Positions 1 through 11,330 of a stretch of 64,000 nt of DNA are shown here, piece after piece (the first letter of the stretch is position 1; every line of letters starts with the position of its first letter). The notes beneath the pieces were generated by a model. It had not been told where the DNA came from and made no database searches. It saw nothing but the letters and a program-made list of their open reading frames with translations. Origin of the DNA: Eledone cirrhosa (Eukaryota); NCBI GenBank assembly GCA_964016885.1, contig OZ024741.1:276334001-276398000 (forward strand), in the 5' to 3' direction. A program made the translations under genes and the position numbers.

Positions 1-1739
1 TCGATATTGCTTTTCATATCTTCTGGGGGTCGATTGAAATGACCGTCCTACCCCCTCCAAATTCGTGGCCTTTTGTCGAGTAATGTAATTTGGCTGTTGT
101 CTTTTTAGTGTGAATTTGTTACCTCCTTTCTGGCCTTCTAGTCAATAAGCAAACGTTCGTATTAGTTAGTTTTACTTGTAAAATATATATTAATATTGAT
201 GAAGGGATAAAGGCGATGTCAGAAGCAGTAGAGCACTGGACAATTCCTTGCAGGTTTTATTTTCTTTCTTCTCAGTTATATAGGTATTCTAAGTTCTGAT
301 TTTACTCTAGTTTCTGAATACAATGTCAATCGGCATCAAACGTTTCTATTTTCATTTTTGCTGGGTAAGGTGTATCAATATATGAAATAAATCGTGTACA
401 GGAGCCGATTTAATCGATTACTCCTTCCCCTACTCAGCCGTGGCCTTGTGCTAATATTACGACCATCAAGAAATCATTCATTTGCTTTTAACAACAGATG
501 AGGCAATGTGTTCTGCGAGGTTGAAAGGGGCTGAAGTCAGCTGTTTTCCGCTCCATTAGAGATCAACTTTGCCTTTCATCCGTTTTAGAGTCGATAAAAT
601 AAGTACCAGTCAAACACTAGGCTTCATTCGACCATTTCCTATTAACATTTCTGTTCTTGTGCCTTTATCAGAAATAATAATCAATCTTTTTTTTTTTTTT
701 GTTTGAAGTATCACTGAAGATGTATCAGAGTGGTAGGTTTGATGAGGGAGGGTAACATTAATTTTTAGCCATAGATTTAGTCAAGTGAGGACATTTGTCA
801 GAAGCAAGAGGTTAGTGGATAGGCTTTTGGAATTCTTTGAATCATATCTGCGTGGCTGGTTCCGAAGGAATCTCCTCGCTCGGACACACACACACACACA
901 CACGCACACACACACACACACTATATATATATATATATATATATATATTACCGTACTCCAGTTCATTGTCGTTAGAAAAGAAATTCAACTAAAACGAAAT
1001 GCTTTGAGATTTTTTAGGTTGTAATGCAATCTCTTTTTGTGGTCAACGGAAAGACTTTCTTTATTGAAGAATAAAAAAGTGTAAATAAATATTTTTGATG
1101 ATGTATAACGCCCACGGCAGGGGATTGTCTTCAAAATGCAAGTTGATTGATAGAGCGAACTTACTTCCTAGAAAAAAAAAATGAATTCTTACTGGCACAA
1201 GAACTCATTTATAGAGTCGATAGGTTATAATCGATTGATGGAATTAACCCCACCCTCACCTAACGCACACTTTTCACTTATTTTATCGATCCCTCACTTC
1301 CGTCCTTGTGAAATGAAAGACAGAGTCGGCGGCAAGGTGTATTTGAACGTAGAAATATATAGAGGGATGAAACTAAGTACCACAATACGTTTAATATGGC
1401 ACGCCACTGCCCTTTAACAACAATAATAATAATTTCTGATTTAGGCACAAGGTCAGCAATTTGAGGGGAGGGGGAAAGTCGATTAAATCAACTCTAGTAC
1501 GTTACTGGTACTTTTATTTATCGACCCCGTAAGTATGAAAGGCAAAGTTAACCTCGGCCGAGAATAAGGACAATACACATAATTAATAAATCATAACAGA
1601 AAAGGTTTACAATTATTTGTTGACTATAATTCAAGATATTTGACATGGAAATGTCGCTTGTGTTTTGGGGGTCAACAGCTGCCAGTGATTATTGACATTC
1701 ATACTCCTACATTCCCCTAAAGAACCACAGCATATTACC

Positions 1740-1771
<32 letters not shown>

Positions 1772-2502
1772 GATATGTGTGTATATATATATGCGTATGT
1801 ATGTATATATGTGGGTGTGTGTGTCGAATAATGAATTACTAAGAAAGAAACAAATTTAAAATGTAAATGAATATATATATATATATTTATGTGGACTGGA
1901 TATTTTATAGTTTATTTTTCTTGGCATTAGGGGAGTGGCTGTTTCTATGTTTTTACAAATACATATACTAGCACATGCTAGGCAACGAGGAGTCTCTTCG
2001 TAATCGCCTGACCTGCAATAAAAATATCAGCAAATCTGCTACGAACTACATACTACAGCCTTTAAAAAAATCGCTACATTATGTTTTAGTTATATATATA
2101 AAAAGACGGGATGGTCGCAGCTGGAACACATCTGATTATAGAGCTGACCTGGGGTTGAACACCAGCCGAACTACTAATCTGTGTGTGAATTGGCGGAAGT
2201 TTTAATATGACGAAGGTCTGTTGATTGAAAAACTATCAGTCGGAGATTTTTTTTTTTTATCATCTGAGCTCTCTTGTCTGTGCTCTAGCCTGGATAGATA
2301 ACAAAATTAAACACATACACCAAGTGATACACAAATGTCTATTTATATAATACACAGAAGTCTGTCTATATATCTTCCTCATCGTTTTACGTCCGCTTTT
2401 TAATGCTAGCACGGGCTGAACGGAACTTTATTAAAACTGTGCTCTTCCTGACGTCAACCGCTTCAACGTGCAAGAGATACTGTGCAAGTGCACCAGGTTT
2501 TG

Positions 2503-2560
2503 CCGTCTGAAGAACTCGGGCTACCATAACTGATAGTCCTCAGCGAAATATATATAACGG
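2503..2560 (+). ncRNA. Minimal type I hammerhead ribozyme motif (Penelope/retrozyme-like)
   Basis: CCGT-CTGAAGA-[imperfect stem II]-GAAA-TATATA-TA-ACGG: perfect 4-bp stem I, palindromic short stem III, A10.1-C11.1 mismatch; AATAAA follows. Confidence 0.6.
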
Positions 2561-2601
2561 ATTTTAAATAAACCTGAACCAACTGGATATGGTCTCAGAC
2601 C

Positions 2602-2634
<33 letters not shown>

Positions 2635-2637
<3 letters not shown>

Positions 2638-3497
2638 TCACCGTTTTACGTCCGTTCTTCCACGCTAGCATGGGTTAGACGGGTTGTCTTGTTGTGGGTA
2701 GTGTCCGGTCGACTGACCATGCCCTGCTCATACGGGAACTGATTCTGGCTTGATTTCTACAGCTGGATGCCCTTCCTAACACCAACCTCATTTACAGTGA
2801 GTGCTGGGTGCTTTTTTTCTGTGGCGCCTACACGTCCACTTTACAGTGTTGGCTGGGTGCTTTTTTGCCTTGGCACCTCCACGACCATTTTGCAGTGGGA
2901 GGGTGTGGGGGCATATTGTCTATATGCTTAAGCTTCGGCTTGTACCGGTGGGGGGTCGGGTCTTCTGAATTACTGCATGACGCCAGAGGTCACGGTCGTG
3001 TGTCATCGCCTTTGAGAGGTGTAATTCGGTTAGGTCGGCTTTTATCACCTCTTCCCAGGTCTTCTGGGGTCTCCTCACTCCGCGGTTTCCATCGTCTTCT
3101 AGTGCTCTGCACCTTTTTATGCAGCTGTCATCCTTCATACGCATCACATGTCCATACCTCTTATGCTCAGTCTCTCTCTCAATTCATTTATGCTTTGCCG
3201 TTCGCGTATATTACTATTACACATCCATCAGAGCATACAGGCTTCATTTCTTTCTAATCTACGCAAGTCTTCCACAGACAGCGCCCAGGTCTCAGTACCA
3301 TGTAACATTGCTGTTCGTATACACGCATCATACAGTCTGCCTTTCATTTTGAGGGAAAAGCCTTTTGCAGCTAGCAGTGGTAGTCGCTCCCTGAACTTCT
3401 TCCATCCCGTTCTTACCCTAGTTATTGTACTTTCCAAACACCCACCTCCGCTGTTAATTCGGTCACCTAGGTAGCAGAAGCTGTCTATTATTTCTAC
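2635..3497 (-). mobile_element. RTE-clade LINE 3' fragment with long 3' UTR and (GAT)n tail
   Basis: ORF pieces RTGWKKFRE...[20 protein letters not shown] and RRPQKTWEEVIKADL...DRDLWR; UTR ends GGACGTAAAACGGTGATGAT. Confidence 0.9.
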
Positions 3498-3614
3498 ATA
3501 TATATATATAAGAACCTAAGTAAAATAGGGGGGGGGGGGGAGGGGGGGAGTAACCACAGTTAAAAAAAGGTACCCAAAACATTAATAGTGTAAACATAAT
3601 TATTTAATATAAAA

Positions 3615-3718
3615 ATAGCTTCTACAGGACTAGAACTGTTTCATTTGAATGAAATCATCAGGAATGCCCTCTTGATGATTTCAAACAAATGAAACAGTTC
3701 TAGTCCTGTAGAAGCTAT
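3615..3718. repeat. ~100-bp palindrome, probably an inverted Penelope-like terminus; one arm recurs at ~13669-13716
   Basis: ATAGCTTCTACAGGACTAGAACTGTTTCATTTG...CAAATGAAACAGTTCTAGTCCTGTAGAAGCTAT. Confidence 0.6.
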
Positions 3719-3737
3719 GTTTATATTAAATAATTAT

Positions 3738-3768
<31 letters not shown>

Positions 3769-3771
3769 AAT

Positions 3772-5490
3772 GTACTTTCAGAGCACCCTCCCCCACTGCT
3801 GATTTTATCGCCCAGGTAACGGAAGCTGTCCACTATTTCTATAGAACCCTCTGCGCAATTGAAAGAGCTAGTATTTTGTGGGCACTTGCTGCTACTTATT
3901 GCACCAGAGCACCGGCCACATGTAAAATCTATGTTCTTAGTTAGCTTACCTGTGATCCCACTACATCTTTTATGCACCCATACTTTGCATTTAGGACATA
4001 AAATGGAGTTTCTACCTACGCCTTTCCTACACACCGAGCACGACCATTTCCCAGAAGGGACCGCCGCCTTGTTTTCTTTCCTACAAACTAGTACTTTGGT
4101 CTTAGCCAGGTTAATTTTAAGTCCTTTTGATTCTAGGCCGTGCTTCCATGTTTGGAATTTCTTCTCTAGCTCGGCCATTGATTCCGCTATGAGTGTCAGG
4201 TCGTCTGCGTATAGGAGTTCCCATGGGCAGCCTGTCTTGAACTCCTCTGTTATAGCCTGAAGGGCAATAATAAATAGTAGTGGGCTGAGAACAGAGCCCT
4301 GATGGACGCCAACTTTTACGCTAAACTCTTCACTATATTCGTTGTTAATTCTAACCTTGCTGACTGTTTCTTTATACATGGCTTGTATAGCCCTCACAAG
4401 CCATTCGTCAACGCCTAGTTTTCTAAGAGCCCACCAGATAATGGAGCGGGGGACTCTGTCGAAGGCTTTCTCCAAGTCGACAAAAGCTAAGTAGAGGGGT
4501 TTACCTTTAGCTAGGTACTTCTCCTGTAGTTGTCGTACTATGAAAAGAGCGTCTGTGGTACTTTTGCCTGACACAAACCCGAACTGCATTTCATCTAGGT
4601 CAATTCTCTCTCTGATTAGTTGCGCTATTACTTTTTCCATGACCTTCATGACCTGGTCGATTAATTTAATGCCTCTATAGTTACTCCTATCTAGGGCGTC
4701 TCCTTTACCCTTATAACAGTTAACGATGATGCTGCTATGCCAGTCCTTCGGAACAACCCCATTCTGTACGACTTGGTTAACTATGCGGGTGACCATGGTG
4801 TGTCCCACCGTGCCAGATGCCTTCAGCATCTCAGCAACTATTTCCGAAGGCCCAGCCGCCTTACCCGTCTTCATATCCTTGATTGCCTTACTTATTATAC
4901 TCCCCTCGACTAACACTGCTGGTCCCTCTATTGGGTCGATATGGGGGAGACTGTCTTTCTCCCATTTATTCTCCTCATTTAGTAGCCTTTCATAGTGACA
5001 CTTCCAAGCTACCTTCTTATCAGTGTCGGTGATGGCAAGTGTGCCATCGTCGTTTAGTACACACTTCTCCCCGACAATATCACGGTTTTCCTTGACGCAT
5101 TACCTAGCAATCCTGAACACCTCACGTTTTTGGTCATCGCGTTGTAGAACATGCTTGAACTTTCTTTCCTCAGCTTCCCTTCTTGCTAAGTACACTTGTC
5201 TCCTAGCTTCCCTCCTGGCCACTTGATAGTCTTCTCTACTTCCCCCATCCCGCCATACTTTCCAAGCCTGCTTTTTGGCCTTAATTGACCCCTCCACCTT
5301 ACTGTTCCACCACCATGTTACTCTCCTCCTGCCTACAGGCCTGCTCCAGCCACAGACTTCGTCTGTCGCCAACAGCAGGTTTGCTTTCAGAAATTCCCAC
5401 TCTCCCTCTATATTGTCCGACTCTAAATGTTCTTCCTTACTGTCGAAAGCATCAAGTAATATGCTTTGAAATTTATTTATATAGTAAAAC
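3772..5490 (-). mobile_element. RTE-clade LINE ORF2 fragment (RT domain + PHD-like finger), decayed
   Basis: ORF 3726-4916: NYRGIKL, QFGF, AFVDLEKAFDRV, GVHQGSVLSP, LLYADDL, FRYLG; upstream TWWWN motif; premature stops near 4993 and 5100. Confidence 0.95.
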
Positions 5491-5494
5491 CTAC

Positions 5495-6375
5495 TCCAGC
5501 CAGTAGGCATCTCTAACAAAATACACCCCGTCCCACCACCCCCACCCCATCCACACCACCCCGTTCTATGTAAAGTTATGTTGGTGCCGCGCCATCGAGG
5601 CCGAAACAAATGAGATCGTGTAGGTGTCACGACAAAAACACACACAGTCCACGCTGTAATGTGGCCGTGTAGGCAACACGGTAAAAACCTCCCAGACCCA
5701 CACTGTAAATGTGGTTGGTGTTAGGAAGGGCATCCAACTGTAGAAAACCTGCCAGACAGTCCTATGCGAGCAAGACAATCACTCTTGCCTCAAGTGGGAC
5801 TACCCCCGTCCAAACCCATGCAAGCGTGGAACACGGACGTTAAACGTTGATGATGATGATGATGATATAATATAAAGAATGATTAACAAAACAGGTAGAC
5901 ATCCCAGCAGATAACAATCGAATTGTCACAAATCACTCAATGGTGAGAAAAGTTAACACATTTTCATCTAGAGTAAGTACAAAGTTAAGAAAGTGTGACA
6001 CCGTAAATAAAACGATCAAGTGTATGTGGCCATAGTTTATAGCCACAACCATGATAAATATAAACATGTTGGAGACTAACCTGGGCCATCTCGAATAGAT
6101 AAGAATCCCATTTCCATACACTGTAAAGTGGTTGTGTAAGTAACTTGACAAAAAACACCCAGTCCATGCTGTAAAGTGGTCGTGTAGGTGACATGGTAAA
6201 AAAGCTCCCAGTCCACACTGTAAATGTGGTTGGTGTTAGGAAGGGCATCCGGCCATAGAACACCTGCCAGATACAGTCCTATACAAGTGAGACACGGTCA
6301 CCCGATCAATCTTGCCTCAAGTGGGACTATTCCCATCTAACCCGTGCTAGCGTGGAGAGGGACATTAAACGATCT
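5495..6375 (+). repeat. Two isolated RTE 3'-UTR modules (~45-bp internal repeats; ~5495-5865 and ~6115-6375)
   Basis: ACACTGTAAATGTGGTTGGTGTTAGGAAGGGCATCC core and AACCCRTGCWAGCGTGGA..GGACRTTAAACG end (first copy with (GAT)n tail). Confidence 0.75.
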
Positions 6376-6429
6376 GTTTACCTTTTACATACACATGTGT
6401 ATATATATATATACCTACACACATGCGTA

Positions 6430-6614
6430 CAGTGTACCCCTGGCATTCGTGGCCCTGACATTTGCAGTCTCTGTTTTTCGCGGGATCTTCCTTAGAACCT
6501 AACTAATAATTGTTCGTGGAAACCACTGTGTTTTCGCGGAATCATTTTTATGGACCACATCTAATATTCACGCGTGCTCTAGGAACGTAACCCCTGTGAA
6601 TACCGGGGACAACT
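6430..6614. mobile_element. Tc1/Tigger-like MITE
   Basis: TA-CAGTGTACCCCTGGCATTCG ... GAATACCGGGGACAACTA-TA imperfect TIRs in TA context. Confidence 0.45.
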
Positions 6615-6623
6615 ATATATAAT

Positions 6624-6965
6624 GGAGGCACATGGCTTAGTGGTTAGAGCATTGGCCTTGCAATCGAAAGGTTGTGAGTTCAATTCTCAGACCGGGTGAT
6701 GTGTTGTTTCCTTGAGCAAGACACTTTATTTCACATTGCTCCAGTTTACTCAGCTGTAGAAATGAGATGATAGGGACTGGGGTTCCTATCATTCCACTGC
6801 AAAGTGGTCGTGGAGGTGCCATGGCAAAAAAAGCACCCAGCCCACACTGTAAATGAGGTTGGTGCTAGTAAGGGCATCCAGCTTTAGAAATAAGCCAGAA
6901 TCAGTTCCCATCCTACCCTTGCAAGCAGGAAAAAGCGGACATAAAATGATGATGATGATGATGAT
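6624..6965 (+). mobile_element. tRNA-derived CORE-type SINE with RTE-derived 3' tail (other copies ~13256-13567 +, ~25105-25482 -, ~37182-37515 +; related heads ~38893 +, ~47953 +, ~11484-11598 -, ~33380-33487 -)
   Basis: A box TGGCTTAGTGG, B box GTTCAATTC, CORE-like CCTTGAGCAAGACACTTTATTTCACATTGCTCCAG, end CCCTTGCAAGCAGG..AAGCGGAC.TAAAA(TGA)n. Confidence 0.85.
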
Positions 6966-7019
6966 AACTATATATATATATAGTACAATTGGCAACAGAT
7001 ACAATTAAAACATAACACA

Positions 7020-7336
7020 AGCAAAAGGCCAGATGGCATGACCATCTTCCCGTTCCGCGATGGCAAACCCTTTGTCTGGGATGCCACTTGCACCGACACT
7101 TTCTGCAGCCGCAACCTGGTGCAGTCTGCGACTAACCCAGGTTCTGCTGCACATCGGGCTGAGGAGGCCAAACTCCTCAAATGCTGGTCGCTCTCCGACA
7201 GGTTTGCTGTTGTACCCTTGGCAGTAGAAACTTCTGGGGTGTCCTCGGCCCTAGGGCTACCTCCCTACTCGCCACCATAGGCGGTGAACTGGCCAGTCGC
7301 AGGCGTGAGCCCCGCGAGTTGGAGTGGCTTTTCCAG
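7020..7336 (+). mobile_element. CRE-like non-LTR retrotransposon restriction-like endonuclease fragment
   Basis: KRPDGMTIFPFRDGKPFVWDATCTDTF...AEEAK...PLAVETSGV-LGP...REPRELEWLFQ (one frameshift). Confidence 0.75.
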
Positions 7337-7624
7337 CCTTCTCCATTCTGCCCGCCGGGACTGTGTGTGTGTGTGGGTGGGGTGTGTGCATTACGTATCA
7401 TTCCACTGAATCAAGTTTTGAAAGTTAAGCACAGAAATTGGTGAATACAAGACTAAATGCTATATAGATGATAGAAAATGGTAACAAGAACAAGACCACT
7501 GTGGTCACCTGCTGTCAAAATGCACTTACATAGTTTCAAGGGGTCGAAATTTAGCACTATCATATGTGCTACACGTAGTTCCCTCCTTCTTTGCTGGTTC
7601 CTAATATATATATTGTTCCTAATA

Positions 7625-8380
7625 TATATACAGCAACTACAGAAGTACCTAGCTAAACGCAAACTTCTCTACTTAGCTTTTGTTGACTTGGAGAAAGCTT
7701 TTGACAGAGTTCCTCCCCGCTCCATTATCTGGTGGGCTTTTAGAAAACTAGGAGTAGATGAGTGGCTTGTGAGAGCTATACAAACCATGTATAGAGGAAC
7801 AGTCAGCAAGGTTAGAATTAACAATGAATATAGTGAAGAATTTAGTGTAAAAGTAGGTGATCACCAAGGCTCTGTCCTCAGTCCCCTCCTGTTTATTATT
7901 TTCCTACAGGCTATAACAGAAGAGTTTAAGACTGGCTCCCCATGGGAACTTCTATCTGCAGATGATCTAACTCATAGCTGAATTTATGGCTGAACTAGAG
8001 AAGAAATTCCAAACATGGAAGCATAGCCTAGAATCAAAAGGCCTTAAAGTTAACTTGTCTAAGACTAAAGTTCTAGTATGTAGAAAGGAGAATAGGGCAC
8101 AGGTGCCCTCTGGGAAATGGCCATGCTCAGTGTGTAAGAAGGGAGTAGGTAGAAATTCTAATCTATGCCCTAAATGTAAACTATGGGTATATTGTAGGAT
8201 CACAGGTAAGCTATCTAAGAATGTAGATTTTATATGTCAGGTGGAATAAGGGCATCCAGCCGTAGAAAACCTGCCAGAAACAGTTCTGTACAAGCGAGAC
8301 ACGGTCTCCCGACCAATCTCACCTCATTTGGGGCAAAACCGTCCAACCCATGCTTGCGTGGAAGATGGATGTTAAACGAC
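7625..8380 (+). mobile_element. RTE LINE RT fragment joined to 3' tail
   Basis: LYLAFVDLEKAFDRV...HQGSVLSP...SADDL, SGKWPCSVC; frameshifted. Confidence 0.9.
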
Positions 8381-8454
8381 ATGTATAAATATATACACAT
8401 ATCTAATATGTAAACATGCCAGAAAATACAAATTTCCCAGTAAATAAAAAAAAC

Positions 8455-8499
8455 GCGTTTAATCGATTTTCGGGTCTAATTGGACCCTCATCAGAAGGC
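8455..8499 (-). ncRNA. Minimal type I hammerhead ribozyme motif
   Basis: Minus strand GCCTT-CTGATGA-GGGTC-caatta-GACCC-GAAA-ATCGAT-TA-AACGC: intact core, perfect 5-bp stem II, palindromic stem III, 4/5 stem I. Confidence 0.7.
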
Positions 8500-8711
8500 A
8501 ATAATATCATCCAATCAACCACAAGGAAACATGTATTTGATGGGCATACATTTACTCTAGTATTATTCTGGAATGGCTGTACTGATTTGTATATAATTAG
8601 CGCTCGTGTTGGTAATCATCTAAACTATAATAAAGTAAGGACTGTGGGACTGCGTACGGTTTATTTCTTTTAATCCAGTTAGTAAAATAAGTTGGATTAC
8701 TTTGAATAAAT

Positions 8712-9005
8712 AATTGTTTCTACTTTAGTCACAAGGCCAGCAATTACCTAGTGTATTATTGGTACTTTATTTTATCAACCTCATAAGGATGAAAGGCAAA
8801 GTTAACCTCGGCGGGATTTGAACTCAGAATGGCAAGGGCCGTAACTCTATCCGTCAAAGCATGGCATCCGACCCTCTACTGATACTGCCAATCCACCGCC
8901 CTTTGAATAAATAATTGTTTCTACTATTGGCACAAGGCCAGCAATTACCCAGTACATTACTGATACTTTATTTTATCGACCCCGTAAGGATGAAAGGCAA
9001 AGTTA
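8712..9005 (-). mobile_element. tRNA-derived SINE, second family (full copy + partial). Other copies ~555-670 +, ~1430-1560, ~9545-9925 (x2), ~25895-26047, ~35218-35405, ~41987-42130, ~49200-49330, ~50510-50720, ~58540-58720
   Basis: Minus strand GGCGGTGGATTGGCAG...GAGTTCAAATCCCGCCGAGGTTAACTTTGCCTTTCATCC; direct repeat CTTTGAATAAATAA at ~8700 and ~8901 looks like a TSD. Confidence 0.8.
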
Positions 9006-10099
9006 AATGAATGAATATTACATAATTTATGTCCTAAATTTCATAAACATAAATAATTTAAAACTGACTTCTTTTTAAATTTTCATTTACATTTCTACAC
9101 TTCCGGTATATCGTCGCCACCACCACCACTTCAGCTACCAGAAATATAAAAAGAGAGAGTGTGTGATGAGAGAGATAGAGAGATTATGATTTTCTACACG
9201 CTGACGCGTATGGGTGTGCACATACATCCATCTATATGTATGAGTATATAACTATTATGAGTATATAACTATAATCATGCAAACACAAACTTATAAAAAT
9301 GCACGCTCACGGACATTCACACAAATACACATGCATTCACACAAACATACATACATTCACACATATACATTTATACAAATGCACACATACACTCATGATA
9401 GCAGCGTTCAGTAAATTGGAAATGGGAGGGTAAAACAAGTATAACGTTTTATTTATTCATTAACTCTTTATTTATTTATTTATTAACTCTTTTTTTTTAA
9501 ACTCATTTAATATAATGGTTACAGAACGAAAACTCTAGCAAATATAATTGTTTCTACTTTTGGCTTAAGACCAGCAATTATCCCAGTGTATTACTGGTAC
9601 TTTATTTTATCGACCCCATAAGGATGAAAGGCAAAGTTAACCTCGGTGGGATTTGAACTCGGATCGTAAAGGCCCGTAATTCTATGCTGCAAAGCATGGC
9701 GTCCGACTCTCTACCGATACTGCCAATCCACCAGCCCTTTTAATAGTTGTTTCTACTTTTGGCACAAGGCCAGCAATTATCCCAGTGCATTACTGGTACT
9801 TTATTTTATCGACCCCGTAAGGATGAAAGGCAAAGTTAACCTCGACAGGATTTGAACTCTGACCGTAAAGGGATGTAACTATGCTGGAAAGCATGGCGTC
9901 CGACCCTCTGCCGGTACTGCCAATTCAATATAATATATACAAAGGAAAGGGAAAGGAAAAAAAGAGAAAAATACACAAGCACGTAATACACACATCTTAG
10001 ACCACATAAAACAAAATGCAGACGAAAGATTGGAAAAATGAGCCGCTACCAGAGCAAAAGATAGTAATATAGTGAGGAGACAGGGAAACCTCTCTAATA

Positions 10100-10525
10100 A
10101 TTTTTCAGGCAGGCCAGCACGCTCGCAGCGTTACCTGGGGTGATGGCGACGCCGAGGTGCTGGAACAACCAAGTGCCCTCACGAGCATCACCAGTTACCT
10201 CTGGCGAGCCGCCAGTGAAGATAAGAATCTCGCTGTCAGTAGCCCGACTCCCCCGAATGGCTGGATAATGTAGTTAGCTGACAGAACATGGTATTTTAGG
10301 ATTTTGTTCCATTCAGCTGCGGATGCTGTAGCTCTCGCCCTTACCGCTGCATCCAGAATGTGGGAAGAAGCAAAAGAGTCACTAACTGTGATGTCCCAGG
10401 TAAGGCACCTGCCTCTTGACCAGGAGCACAGAGTAAGACCGTCAAGTCTTTTCCCATCAATTCAGGACCACCCAGAAGGTTCCAGAATTAAGGGGATGTT
10501 TGCCTGGGCCAAAGCTCTTAAGTGG
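10100..10525 (-). mobile_element. CRE-like retrotransposon endonuclease/C-terminal relic (different family from 7020)
   Basis: Manual translation LEPSG...DGKRLDGLTLCSWSRGRCLTWDITVSDSFASS...AAEWNKILKY...GDAREGTWLFQHLGVAITPGNAASV. Confidence 0.7.
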
Positions 10526-10699
10526 TCATAGGACAGTGTGTGTATGTTTGTCGGCATTCTTAAATTAGACACGTGTGTGTGTCACTGTTTTTAAGTTAGA
10601 TATATATATGTGTGTATCCCTTTCCTTTTACATACACATACATTCACACAAACACACATACATTCACACAAACACATCGCGTGATGGACGGGTGGACAG

Positions 10700-11330
10700 A
10701 AGTCCCTCAAATTTATATACATGTGAATGGAGTTCTACTGAAGCAGTTAGAGAAATTCAATTATCTTGGAGCCATGTTCATGAGTGATGGAATGCAGGAG
10801 GCTGAATTAAGTGCAAGAATTGCAAAAGCTGATGCAGTAATGCGCCAGCCTCAGCAATCAGATGTAAAAGCCAAACACGCTGTCTTCCTGGTATTCCTGC
10901 CAACTTTTACCGAGGATCATGAATCTTGAGTAATGACCAAAAGAATTCAATTGCAAATAAAAGTGGCAAAAATGGGATTACTCCGAAAGGTTTTTGGAGT
11001 AACGTTACTCGATAAAGAGTGTAGCTCAGAGACCAGAGAGTTACTCTTGGTAGAGCCGCTACTTCTCCGAATTGAGATATCACAACTCCGATATTACGAG
11101 CATGTGGTTAGAATGTCTCAGTAAAGAATTGCTGGACAAATTTTACAGGCAAGAGACCCAGAGGTAGACCCTGAGCAAGATAGTTGGATAACATCCATGA
11201 GCTTGGCTAGTCATGCTTTGGGATCTAGCTGGATCAGTTAGAGATGTTTGCTTCTGACAGACTCGCTGGAAGGAGTGTTTGAGAAAGACTCTGCCCCCAC
11301 GACCCTCTCAGAAATAAGTGAGTGAACAAG
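10700..11330 (+). mobile_element. Old RTE-clade LINE 3' fragment, third family (also ~54915-55165 and ~60550-61085)
   Basis: EKFNYLG...ELSARIAKA, MGLLRKVFGVTLLDK...SQLRYYEHVVRM; three mutually similar copies. Confidence 0.75.

Noticed and set aside
6624-6695. tRNA gene candidates
   Set aside because: tRNA-like heads continue into CORE and LINE tails and lack a proper acceptor stem; they are SINEs.
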